Source of the DNA: an uncultured Gemmatimonadales bacterium
GTDB taxonomy: Bacteria > Gemmatimonadota > Gemmatimonadetes > Longimicrobiales > RSA9
DNA: 64,000 nucleotides
Direction of reading: 5' to 3'
Assembly: GCA_963816355.1 (NCBI GenBank)
Contig: CAWFKH010000006.1
Span: 448,001-512,000 of the forward strand
The translations under genes and the position numbers were made by a program. Positions 1-9,300 of the stretch are shown here, in pieces. A model generated the notes under the pieces. The model had not been told where the DNA came from. It worked only from the letters and a program-made list of their open reading frames with translations, and did not search any database. The number at the start of each line of letters is the position of its first letter. The first letter of the stretch is position 1.

Positions 1-1029
1 GTCGACCGCCTCCCAGTGCGCTCCCGCGTCCGTGGAGCGGTACAATCCGACGACGCCCGTCGTCGCCCCGGCGCGGACCGCCGAGGACGGCGCCGGCGCG
101 CCCGCGATCGTCGCGTACAGAAGGCTCGGATCGCTTGGCGCGACCGCGAGGTTCGCCTCGATCACGGCCGGCAGCCCCGCGGAAAGCCGCGTCCAGTGGT
201 CGCCGCCGTCCGTCGACTTGAAGATGCCGCCGCCCACGCCGCCGAAGGCGAGGCTCTCGCGGTACCCCTCCTGCTGCCGCCACAGCGCCGCGTAGACGAC
301 CCGCGGATCGCGCGGGTCGATGACGACCTCGTTGCCGCTCGTGTACGCGTCCTCGTAGAGCACCTTCTGGAAGGTCCTGCCGCCGTCCGTCGAGCGGAAG
401 ATGCCGCGCTCCTCGTTCGGCCCGTACGGGTGGCCGAGCACGGCGACGAAGAGCCGGTCCGCGTTCGTCGGGTCGACCGCGATGCGCGCGATCATCTGGC
501 TCTCGCGCAGCCCCAGGTGCTCCCACGTGCGGCCCGCGTCCGACGAGCGGTAGACGCCGTCGCCGGTCGAGAGATCCGGTCGGATGATCCCGGCTCCGCT
601 CCCCACGTAGATGACGTCCGGGTCCGACGGCGCCACCGCGATCGCGCCGATCGAGCCGGTCGGCTCGTCGTCGAAGATCGGCTGCCACGTCGAGCCGTAG
701 TCCGTCGAGCGCCAGACGCCGCCGTTGTCGAAGCCCGCGTAGAAGGTGCCGCGGCGGCTCGCCACGCCATCCAGCGCGCGCGCCCGGCCGGCGCGCGTCG
801 GGCCGATCGAGCGCCAGTGCATCTCGGAGAACGATTGCGCCGCCGGCGGCGCCGGTGCGGCGGATGACGCTCCGGCGGTGGGCGGCAGCAGCGCGGCGGA
901 CGGCCGTTGCGCGGCGGTCGGCCCTAGCGCGGCGAGCGGCGCAGCCGCCGGGAGGACCGCCGCCGCCGAGGTCGCGGGTGCGGCGAGGCAGGCGGACGCG
1001 AGGACGACGCGGGCGATGGTCGGGCGCAC
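1..1029 (-). CDS. Secreted BNR/VPS10 (sortilin-like) beta-propeller glycosyl hydrolase, 5' part only (runs off window start)
   Basis: Missing from the ORF track because no stop lies in the window. Manual translation: GTG at 1029 after GGAGGGG, Ala-rich signal, 'MHWRSIGPTRAGRARA', 'GGVWRSTDYGSTWQP', 'GVYRSSDAGRTWEHLGL', 'GHPYGPNEERGIFRSTDGGRTF'. These are Asp-box SxDxGxTW repeats. Paralogue of 14857..18162. Confidence 0.85.
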   Translation of the reverse strand, partial: MRPTIARVVLASACLAAPATSAAAVLPAAAPLAALGPTAAQRPSAALLPPTAGASSAAPAPPAAQSFSEMHWRSIGPTRAGRARALDGVASRRGTFYAGFDNGGVWRSTDYGSTWQPIFDDEPTGSIGAIAVAPSDPDVIYVGSGAGIIRPDLSTGDGVYRSSDAGRTWEHLGLRESQMIARIAVDPTNADRLFVAVLGHPYGPNEERGIFRSTDGGRTFQKVLYEDAYTSGNEVVIDPRDPRVVYAALWRQQEGYRESLAFGGVGGGIFKSTDGGDHWTRLSAGLPAVIEANLAVAPSDPSLLYATIAGAPAPSSAVRAGATTGVVGLYRSTDAGAHWEAVD

Positions 1030-1120
1030 GGATCCCCTCCTGAGGGCGCGGGTGTGCTCTGCGGGGTGACGCCGCACAGTATGGGGCGCCGCCGCCGGAG
1101 CGGCCAGGCGCCGCCGCCGC

Positions 1121-1972
1121 TCAGTCCATGCGCCGGGCGACGGCGAGCAGGTGGCCGCTCGCGCCGAGCAGCGTCGTCTCCGTCTCGACGCGGCGCAGGC
1201 ATTCGAGGATGAGGGAGCGCAGCGCGTCGTCGTCCCAGAAGGCGTCGAAATCGGGCAGGAACGCGAGCGGTCCGTCGACGGCGGCGATGCCGAGCGGCCG
1301 CAGGCCCGCCTCGCGGATCTCGCTGCCGATCTCGTCGGCGAGGTGGAAGTGTGCGCTGGTGAAGTAGCGCTCGTCGTCGGTGGGGTTGCGGTGGTCGCCG
1401 CTGCGCAGGTCCTCGCGCAGGATGGCGGCGAAGCGGGCGTCGCGTGCGTAGCCGCGGAAGAAGCCGTCCATGAGGGAGGCGAAGCGCGAGATCGCGGCGA
1501 CGAACACGAGCGCGTCCGGGCGCGCGACGCGGCTCGCCTCGCCGAGCGCGCGGATGCGCTCGGCGCGCTCGAGGAGGTGGTAGAGCGGGCCGAGGAGCAG
1601 CACGGCGTCGAAGGCGTCGTCGCCGAAAGGCAGGTCTCGCGCGTCCCCCTGCCGGATGCGCTCCGGCCCCAGGCCCGCCTCGGCGAAGCGCACGCGCGCC
1701 TGCTCGATGTGGATCGGCACCGGGTCGACCAGCTCGACGTCGTAGCCCGCATCGGCGAGCCATGCCGAGTACACGCCCGAACCCCCGCCGACGTCGAGAA
1801 CGCGGCACGGCGGCGGCGGCAGGTAGCGCGTCAGCAGCTCCTCCGTTCGCACCCGCTCCAGCTTCCCGGGCCCCGTGAGCAGCCGTTCCCCTTCCGGCAC
1901 GTCCGTATAGTGCGCGACGACGTCCGGGTCCGCGTAAGTCGCCTCGGGCGCGTCGTTCTGCTTCCTCGCCAT
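1121..1972 (-). CDS. Class I SAM-dependent methyltransferase
   Basis: Motif I 'VLDVGGGSG', 'GDARDLPF..DAFDAVLLLGPLYHL'. Confidence 0.9.
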   Translation of the reverse strand: MARKQNDAPEATYADPDVVAHYTDVPEGERLLTGPGKLERVRTEELLTRYLPPPPCRVLDVGGGSGVYSAWLADAGYDVELVDPVPIHIEQARVRFAEAGLGPERIRQGDARDLPFGDDAFDAVLLLGPLYHLLERAERIRALGEASRVARPDALVFVAAISRFASLMDGFFRGYARDARFAAILREDLRSGDHRNPTDDERYFTSAHFHLADEIGSEIREAGLRPLGIAAVDGPLAFLPDFDAFWDDDALRSLILECLRRVETETTLLGASGHLLAVARRMD

Positions 1973-2027
1973 GTCCGTTCTCGTGTAGGAGTCGGTGAAG
2001 GATTGCAGCGCAAGCGAGCGAGGTCAA

Positions 2028-2329
2028 CACGGCAGGGGGGTGGGGACGGACGGCGGGATTGAACGGCGGGATTGAACGGCGGGATTGAACGGCGGGATTG
2101 AACGGCGGGATTGAACGGCGGGACGGAACCGCGGGGGGTCTGCGGTCCGGGGTCGGGGCAGGGGCGCGGCATTGCCGGAGCAAGCGCTGTCAAATCCCGC
2201 TTGAAATCCTGCGGTCGAATCCCGCAGTCGAATCCCGCAGTCGAATCCCGCAGTCGAATCCCGCAGTCCAATCCCGCAGTCCAATCCCGCAGTCCAATCC
2301 CGCCCGTTGTCCCCACCCCCCTCGCCGTG
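2028..2329. repeat. Inverted-repeat (MITE/foldback-like) element with two opposed 13-bp tandem arrays
   Basis: Left arm: CACGGCAGGGGGGTGGGGAC, then 5x CGGCGGGATTGAA (2051-2115). Right arm: 6x AATCCCGCAGTC(G/C) (2218-2295) plus degenerate copies, ending GTCCCCACCCCCCTCGCCGTG. The arms are near reverse complements. Confidence 0.8.
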
Positions 2330-2374
2330 CTACCGTTCCGACCTCGTGACCCGATCCTGGAAAGGTCGAACGAC

Positions 2375-3721
2375 ATGCTCCGTGCCACTCGTTTCCGCCC
2401 ATCGCCCCGGCTTCTCGCGCTGCCGCTGCTCGCTTGCCTCGCCGCACCTTCCGCGGCGCGCGCGCAGGCGGCGGCGCCGCGCGTCGATCCACGCGTGGAG
2501 AAGGCGCTCGCGGCGATCTCGCCGGAGCGCCTCGCTGCGATCGACGCGAAGCTCAAGTCGTTCGGTACGCGCATGACGCTCTCGACGGACGAGGCGGCGG
2601 GGCGCGGCATCGTGGCGGCGCGCGCATGGATCCTGTCGGAGCTGAAGGGCTACAGCCCGCGGCTGCAGGCGAGCCTCGACTGCTACGACGTCGCCGAGCA
2701 GGGACGGATCGTGCGGCCGGTCGAGTTGTGCAACGTGATGGCGGTGCTGCCGGGGCGGAGCGCCCGCCGGATCTACGTCAGCGGCCATTACGACTCCGTT
2801 GCGCGCGTTGCGGGCCAGCCGTTCGACTGGGGCCGCACCGACGTGTTCGCTCCCGGCGGCGACGACGACGGGAGCGGCACGGCGCTGACGATGGAATTGG
2901 CGCGCGTGCTCTCGCAGGGCGGCATGGACTTCGACGCGACGCTCGTCTTCATCGCGTTCGCCGGCGAGGAGGAGGGTCTCTTCGGCGCGCGGCTGCACGC
3001 GGAGAAGGTGCACGCCGACAGCGTCCGCATCGACGCCGTGATCAACAACGACATCGTGGGCAACTCGCTCGGGGGCACCGGCGTCGTCGACTCCCGCACG
3101 GTGCGTATCTTCTCGGAGGCGCCGATGGACTCGCCTTCGCGGGAGCTCGCGCGCTACATCCGCCGTTGGGCGGCGGCATACGTGCCGGGCCACGTCGTCC
3201 GCCTCGTCGCGCGCGAGGACCGCTTCGGGCGCGGCGGCGACCACACCGCCTTCAACCAGCTCGGCTACGCCGGAGTGCGCGTCTCCGAGTCGAAGGAGGA
3301 CTATTCGCGCCAGCACACGCCCGCCGACACGCTGATCGATCCCGCCTACCTGGCGAAGAACGCGCGCGTGGACGCCGCCGCCGCGGCGACGATGGCGCTC
3401 GCGCCGTCCGCGCCGGACGTGTACGACCGGCGCGGCAACCCGATGCTCGGGCGCGGCGACTCCGGCTACGACGCGGCGCTGCGCTGGGCGGCGTCGTCGG
3501 GGGCGACGTCGTACCGGATCTTCTGGCGCACCGCGTGGACGCCGGACTGGGAGCACGAGCTCGACGTGGGCGACGTGACCTCGTACGTGCTGCACGACAT
3601 GTCGATCGACGACTACGTCTACGGCGTCGCGGCGGTTGACGCCGCCGGCCACGAGAGCGTCGTCTCCCCCTACGTCCGGCCACCCCGCCCGTTCGTCCCG
3701 GTGAAGACCGGGAGCCGCTGA
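2375..3721 (+). CDS. Secreted M28-family metallopeptidase with C-terminal FN3-like domain
   Basis: Signal peptide; 'SGHYDS', 'PGGDDDGSG', 'FAGEEEGLFGA', 'NNDIVG', 'GGDHTAF'. ATG 2375 chosen because the upstream part of the ORF runs through the repeat element. Confidence 0.88.
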   Translation: MLRATRFRPSPRLLALPLLACLAAPSAARAQAAAPRVDPRVEKALAAISPERLAAIDAKLKSFGTRMTLSTDEAAGRGIVAARAWILSELKGYSPRLQASLDCYDVAEQGRIVRPVELCNVMAVLPGRSARRIYVSGHYDSVARVAGQPFDWGRTDVFAPGGDDDGSGTALTMELARVLSQGGMDFDATLVFIAFAGEEEGLFGARLHAEKVHADSVRIDAVINNDIVGNSLGGTGVVDSRTVRIFSEAPMDSPSRELARYIRRWAAAYVPGHVVRLVAREDRFGRGGDHTAFNQLGYAGVRVSESKEDYSRQHTPADTLIDPAYLAKNARVDAAAAATMALAPSAPDVYDRRGNPMLGRGDSGYDAALRWAASSGATSYRIFWRTAWTPDWEHELDVGDVTSYVLHDMSIDDYVYGVAAVDAAGHESVVSPYVRPPRPFVPVKTGSR

Positions 3722-3730
3722 CCGGCGGGC

Positions 3731-5401
3731 GTGTTCGAGGACCGGGTCGGCGAGGCGGGCGGCGCGCCGCCGCCCCGTGAACCACGCGGCGCGCCGCCGC
3801 CCCGTGAACCGCGCGGCGCGCGCGGCGTCGAGACGGGCCTCGCCGCGCTGCTCGTCGCGGGTGCCTTCGCCGTCGTCCTGGCGAACGTCCAATCGAAGCT
3901 CTTCGACCTGGATCGCTTCACGGCGCCGAAGGCGCTTGCGCTCGAGCTCACCGCCCTTGCGGCGGCCGGCCTCCTGATCCCGCGCTGGCGGCGGCTCGAG
4001 GTCGGCGTCGTCGAGGGCCTGCTCGCCGCCTTCGTCGCGTGGAGCGCGCTCTCCACCCTGCTCGCTCGCAACCACTGGCTCGCGGTCCAGGGCTTCGGCG
4101 TCTCGCTCGCCGGCTTCGTCCTCTTCCTCGCCGCGCGACGCCTCGCGAGCGCCGGCTTGCGGCACGCCGCGCTCACCGGACTCGTCGCCGCCGCGGTGAT
4201 CGGCGGCGGCCTCGGCGTCGCGCAGGCGTACGGCGTCGATTGGAAGTGGCTCGCCGACAGCCGGCCTCCCGGCGGCACGTACGGCAACCGCAACTTCCTC
4301 GCGCACATGACCGCGATCGCCACGCCGGCGCTCCTCGTCCTGACGTTGCGCGCGCGCCGGCGGCCGGCGGCCGCGGCCGGCATGGCGGGGCTCGCGATCG
4401 CCGCCGCCGCCATCGTGCTGACGCGCTCGCGCGCCGCGTGGCTGGCGCTCGCGGTGTCACTGACCGTCATGGCGCTGGGGGTGCTCCTGGGGCGGCGGCG
4501 ACCCCTCGCCGGCGTGACGCGGCGGCGCATCGTCGCGGCCGTCGCGGCGCTCGCGGTGGCGGTCGCCGCTTCCGTCCTGGCGCCGAACGAGCTGAAGTGG
4601 AAGTCGAGCTCGCCGTACGCCGAGACGCTCACCGGCCTGACCAACTACAAGGAAGGATCGGGGCACGGACGGCTGATCCAGTACCGCAACTCGTTCCGCC
4701 TGATCCCGCGCCGGCCGGTCTTCGGCGTGGGTCCCGGAAACTGGTTCGTTCACTACCCCCGCGTGACGACGCCCGGCGATCCGGCGTTCGCCGGCTACGA
4801 TCCGATCCCGACCAATCCGTGGCCGAGCAGCGACTGGGTCGCGATGATCACCGAGCGAGGCCTCGTCGGCGCGCTCCTGCTCGCGCTCGCCGGGCTCGCC
4901 GCCGCCGTCGTCGCCGTGCGGCGACTCCGCGACGACGGCGGCCGCGGCGAGGGCGACGCCGCCGCCGACGCCCTCGTCGTCCTCGGCACGCTCGCCGCCG
5001 CGTTCGTCGCCGGTCAGTTCGACGCGGTTCTGCTCCTTCCGGCGCCCACGTACCTGGTGTGGGCGACGCTCGGCCTGCTGCTGCCCCCGACCGGCGCGGT
5101 GGTGTCTCGCACGCTGGAGGGGAAGCGCGGCCGGATGCTGCGGCGCGGCGTGGTCGGCCTCCTGGCGCTCGTGACGCTGGCGAGCGCGGCCCAGGTCGCG
5201 GCCGTGCGCACCACGACGAACACGCGTCGCGCGACCCTGGTGCGCGCCGCGCGCTTCTACCCGGGCAGCCACCGCATCCAGCTCGATCTGATGGGGAGGG
5301 GGTCGTGCGGCCAGCGGCTGCCGCACGCGCGCGCGGCGGCGCGCCTGATGCCGTTCCATCGCGCGCCGAAGCGCGCGCTGGCGGCGTGTGGGGGGAAGTA
5401 G
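3731..5401 (+). CDS. O-antigen ligase (Wzy_C/WaaL)-like membrane protein
   Basis: Multiple TM helices; 'GTYGNRNFLAH', 'LTRSRAAWLA', 'PVFGVGPGNW'. Confidence 0.75.
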   Translation: MFEDRVGEAGGAPPPREPRGAPPPREPRGARGVETGLAALLVAGAFAVVLANVQSKLFDLDRFTAPKALALELTALAAAGLLIPRWRRLEVGVVEGLLAAFVAWSALSTLLARNHWLAVQGFGVSLAGFVLFLAARRLASAGLRHAALTGLVAAAVIGGGLGVAQAYGVDWKWLADSRPPGGTYGNRNFLAHMTAIATPALLVLTLRARRRPAAAAGMAGLAIAAAAIVLTRSRAAWLALAVSLTVMALGVLLGRRRPLAGVTRRRIVAAVAALAVAVAASVLAPNELKWKSSSPYAETLTGLTNYKEGSGHGRLIQYRNSFRLIPRRPVFGVGPGNWFVHYPRVTTPGDPAFAGYDPIPTNPWPSSDWVAMITERGLVGALLLALAGLAAAVVAVRRLRDDGGRGEGDAAADALVVLGTLAAAFVAGQFDAVLLLPAPTYLVWATLGLLLPPTGAVVSRTLEGKRGRMLRRGVVGLLALVTLASAAQVAAVRTTTNTRRATLVRAARFYPGSHRIQLDLMGRGSCGQRLPHARAAARLMPFHRAPKRALAACGGK

Positions 5402-5428
5402 GGGCCGTCGCGTCGGCCCGCCGGCTCG

Positions 5429-5722
5429 CTAGACCGGCTCTTCGTCCCGGCGGCCCTGGCGGATGTCGTCCGCGCCCTTCTTCGTGCCGTAGCCCACCGC
5501 GCCGCCGAAGATCAGCGCGGTGCCCGCCCCGACGAGCGGCAGCAGGGCGACGACGGGCGCCGCGACCACCGTCGCGACCGCCCCGGCGATGAGCGGCACC
5601 CTGCGGTCGCGGATGCCCTCGACGTAGCGCAGGCGACGTCGCACGAAGCGGCGCGTCTCGGCGAAACCGCCCGCGGCCGCGCCGCCGGCGATGACCGCTG
5701 TCAGGATTCCAAGCATTTCCAC
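5429..5722 (-). CDS. Small hypothetical membrane protein
   Basis: 97 aa with hydrophobic segments; GGAGG near the GTG/ATG starts (5722/5716). Confidence 0.6.
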   Translation of the reverse strand: MEMLGILTAVIAGGAAAGGFAETRRFVRRRLRYVEGIRDRRVPLIAGAVATVVAAPVVALLPLVGAGTALIFGGAVGYGTKKGADDIRQGRRDEEPV

Positions 5723-5801
5723 CTCCGATTCGATGACGCGGTGATCCCTACGAGGTGGAGTGCGCGTGGGTTTCTCCCGCGGACCGTGCGAGCGGGGCGG
5801 A

Positions 5802-6104
5802 TCAGACCCGGTAACGGTCCGACCCGATCCGCAGCACCAGGTGATCCGAAGGGCCGGTGCCGCCTCCCGCCCCGTTCGTCGTCGTGCCCGGAGGCAGAGG
5901 CGCGGGCGCCGGCGTCCCCGTATTCGGCTGGGCCGGCGCGACGGCGCCCGGGTTGGCCCCCGTCCCCGCGCCCGGGTCGACGGCGCCCGGCGCCGGCTGG
6001 GTCTGTACGGCCGGCTCGCGCGGGCCGCGGCCCCACCACGCCCACCAGATGATCAGGATGATGAGGATGATCGCTACGATCCACCACCACCCGCATCCGG
6101 CCAT
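5802..6104 (-). CDS. Hypothetical single-pass membrane protein (Trp-rich anchor, Pro/Gly tail)
   Basis: 'MAGCGWWWIVAIILIILIIWWAWW', preceded by GGAGAG. Confidence 0.6.
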   Translation of the reverse strand: MAGCGWWWIVAIILIILIIWWAWWGRGPREPAVQTQPAPGAVDPGAGTGANPGAVAPAQPNTGTPAPAPLPPGTTTNGAGGGTGPSDHLVLRIGSDRYRV

Positions 6105-6335
6105 GTCTCTCCATCCGCGACGCGGCGGCTCGCCCGCCGGAGGTCGATTCGTCGCCACGGGACGCCTCCCTTGCGTGATGAAAAAAATGCATCTTTCGGT
6201 GCCGGTTCGCGACCCGGCGGGAAAAGTGCAACGAGCGTGCCGACGGCGTCCCGCTTGATTTCGTATTGTCGTTTCCTGACTTTGCAGCGCGCTGAGGGTA
6301 CGGCGCGTCCCGAACCGAAGGAAGGCGCGCGAGAC

Positions 6336-9300
6336 GTGGACACGATCGAGACCGCATCACGGGCCGGCAAGCTGGAGCCGGCGTCGCTGGACCAGATCTG
6401 CGAGGAGGCGAGCCGGCTCGCCGCGGAGGGCGGCCCGGATCCGCAGCTCGCGGGCCGCTTCGCGCGCCTCTTCTTCGCCAAGGCGCCGCCGGAGTTCTTC
6501 CAGGGCAGGAAGGCGGAGGCGCTCGCTGCCCTCGCGCTCGGCGCGCTCCGCATGCTCGAGCGCTCGAGCCCCGCCGAGGTCAACGTCGAGCTCTTCAACG
6601 CCGAGCCGGAGGTCGAGGGCTGGCGTGCGCCGGTCACGGTGATCCGCACCGACGTCTCGGAGCGGCCGTTCGTGGTCGACACGATACGCGAATACCTGCA
6701 CGCGCAGGAGTTCGCGATCGAGCGCTTCCTCCACCCGGTGCTCCAGGTGGTCCGCGACCGCCGCGGCCGCATCGAGCGGATCGCGTCCGCCGCGGCCGGC
6801 GACCCGCGGGAGTCGCTCGTCCACTGCGAGATCGCACGCGTCGAGGACCCCGAGCAGCTCGAAGCGATCCGCGTCGCCGTGCGCGAGATCCTGCAGGACA
6901 CGGTGCGCGCGACGGAGGACTTCGATCCGATGCTCGCCGCGCTGGACGGCACCGTCGACTACCTGCGCGAGGTCGCGCGCCAGCTTCCCGAGCGCCACCG
7001 CGAGGCGCAGGAGATCGTCGAGTTCCTCTCGTGGCTGCGCGAGGACAGCTTCGTCTTCCTCGGCTACCGCGGCTACGACATCGTCGACGCCCCCGCCGGT
7101 CCCCGCATCGTGGTCGAGCCCGGCTCCGGACTGGGGATTCTGCGTAACGAGGCGGAGTCGAGCTTCGCCGAGCCGGTCCCGCTCGCCGACCTGAAGCCCG
7201 GGCTGCGCGAGCGCGTCGAGGGGGGGCCGCTCCTCATCACGAGCAAGACGAACGCGCTCTCCAGCGTCCATCGCCGCGCCCGCATGGACTACGTCGGTGT
7301 GAAGAAGCTCGACGATGCCGGCCACGTCGTGGGCGAACGCCGCTTCATCGGCCTCTTCACCTCCCGCGCCTATGCCGAGGACGCCGAGCGGATCCCGATC
7401 CTGCGCGAGAAGCTGCGCGCCATCCTCGCCGAGGCGGGCGCGATCAAGGGCTCGCACGACTACAAGGAGATCATCACGATCTTCAACTCGATGCCGAAGG
7501 AGGAGCTCTTCCTCACGTCGGCGGAGCGGATCGGCTCCGAGATCCAGGCGGCGCTCGCGCTCTACCACACGCAGGAGGTCAAGGTCACCATGCGGCCGGA
7601 CCCGCTCGAGCGCGGCGTCTCCGTCATGGTCGTTCTGCCGAAGGACAAGTTCTCCGGCGAGGTGCGCAAGGAGATCGAGCGCGCGTTCGTCGCGAAGCTG
7701 GGCGGCGACGTGCTCAACTACCATCTCGCGCTCGGCGGCGGCGATCAGGCGCGCCTGCACTTCTACTTCGGCGCGACGCCGGAGCAGGTCGCCAACGTCG
7801 ATCCGGAGGAGCTCGAAGGCGTCGTGAAGCGCCTCACCCGCTCGTGGGCGGACCGCGTTCGCGTGGGCCTCGAGGAGCTGCATCCCGGCGAGGAGGCGCG
7901 GCGCCTCGCCCACCGGTACTCGGCCGCCTTCAGCCCGGAGTACCGCGCCGCGACCGAGCCGGACGTGGCGGAGCAGGACATCCTCGAGCTCGAGGCGATG
8001 CACGGCGCCGACCGCAGCGTCGCGATCGGCCTCTCCAACGCGCCCGCCGTCGAGGGGATCCCGATCGACGAGCCGGTCTCGCAGCTCAAGCTCTACCTGC
8101 GCGGCGGCCGCCTCGTCCTCTCGGACTTCATGCCGATTCTCGACAACGCCGGCCTGCGCGTCATCGCGATGAGCCCGTTCGAGGTGCAGGGCGACGACGT
8201 CGAGCGAGCCGCGATCTACGTCTTCGCCGTGCAGGACGCGCAGCGCCGCCCGATCGATCTCGTCGAGCACGGCGGCGCCCTCTCCGAGACGCTCCTCGCG
8301 GTGCGCGCGGGCGACGCCGCCAACGACCCGCTGAACGCGCTCGTCCTCACCGCCGGCCTCTCCTGGCGGGAGGCCGACGTCCTGCGCGCCTACTCCGAGT
8401 ATGCCTTCCAGCTCGAAGTCGTGCCGAGCCGCCTCTCGCTCGTCACCGCGCTGCGCGCCTACCCGGGCGCCGCCCGCCTCCTCTTCCGCCTCTTCGCCAC
8501 CCGCTTCGACCCCGCGCTCGAGCTCACCGACCGGCAGCGCGAGCGCGAAGCAGAGTCGATCCGCAGGGAGTTCATCCGCTCCCTCGAGGGCGTCGCCTCG
8601 CTCGGCGACGACCGTGCCCTGCGCCGGCTGCACGGCCTCGTCGAGGCGACCGTGCGCACCAACTACTACCGCAACGGCGGCGCGCGGCCGACGCGGCGCT
8701 CCGGCGGCGTGCCCTACGTCTCCTTCAAGTTCGACTGCGCCGCGCTGCCGAACGTGGCCAAGACGCGTCTGCGCTGCGAGGTGTGGGTCCACTCCTCGCG
8801 CATGGCCGGCGTGCACCTGCGCGGCTCGCGCGTGGCGCGCGGCGGCATCCGCTACAGCGACCGACCGGACGACTTCCGCACCGAGATCCTCGGCCTCGTG
8901 AAGACGCAGATGGTCAAGAATGCCGTCATCGTGCCGGGCGGCTCCAAGGGCGGCTTCGTCACGCGCCGCCAGTTCGCCGAGCGCGAGGCGATGGCGCAGG
9001 AAGTGACCGAGCAGTACCGGACCCTCATGCGCGGCCTGCTCGACCTCACCGACAACTACGACCACGGCGCCGTCGTCCACCCGCCCGACACGCTGATCTA
9101 CGACGAACCCGACCCCTACCTCGTCGTCGCCGCCGACAAGGGGACCGCCCACCTCTCCGACGTCGCGAACGAGATCTCCGCCGAGTACGACTTCTGGCTC
9201 GGCGACGCCTTCGCCTCCGGCGGCTCCAACGGCTACGACCACAAGGAAGTCGCAATCACCGCCCGCGGCGCGTGGGAGTGCGTCCGCCGCCACTTCCGCG

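Noticed and set aside
16..867. Plus-strand 283-aa ORF
   Set aside because: It is the shadow of the minus-strand VPS10/BNR gene (1..1029).
2051..2303. Possible CRISPR array
   Set aside because: The 13-bp units are contiguous with no unique spacers, and there are no cas genes in the window.
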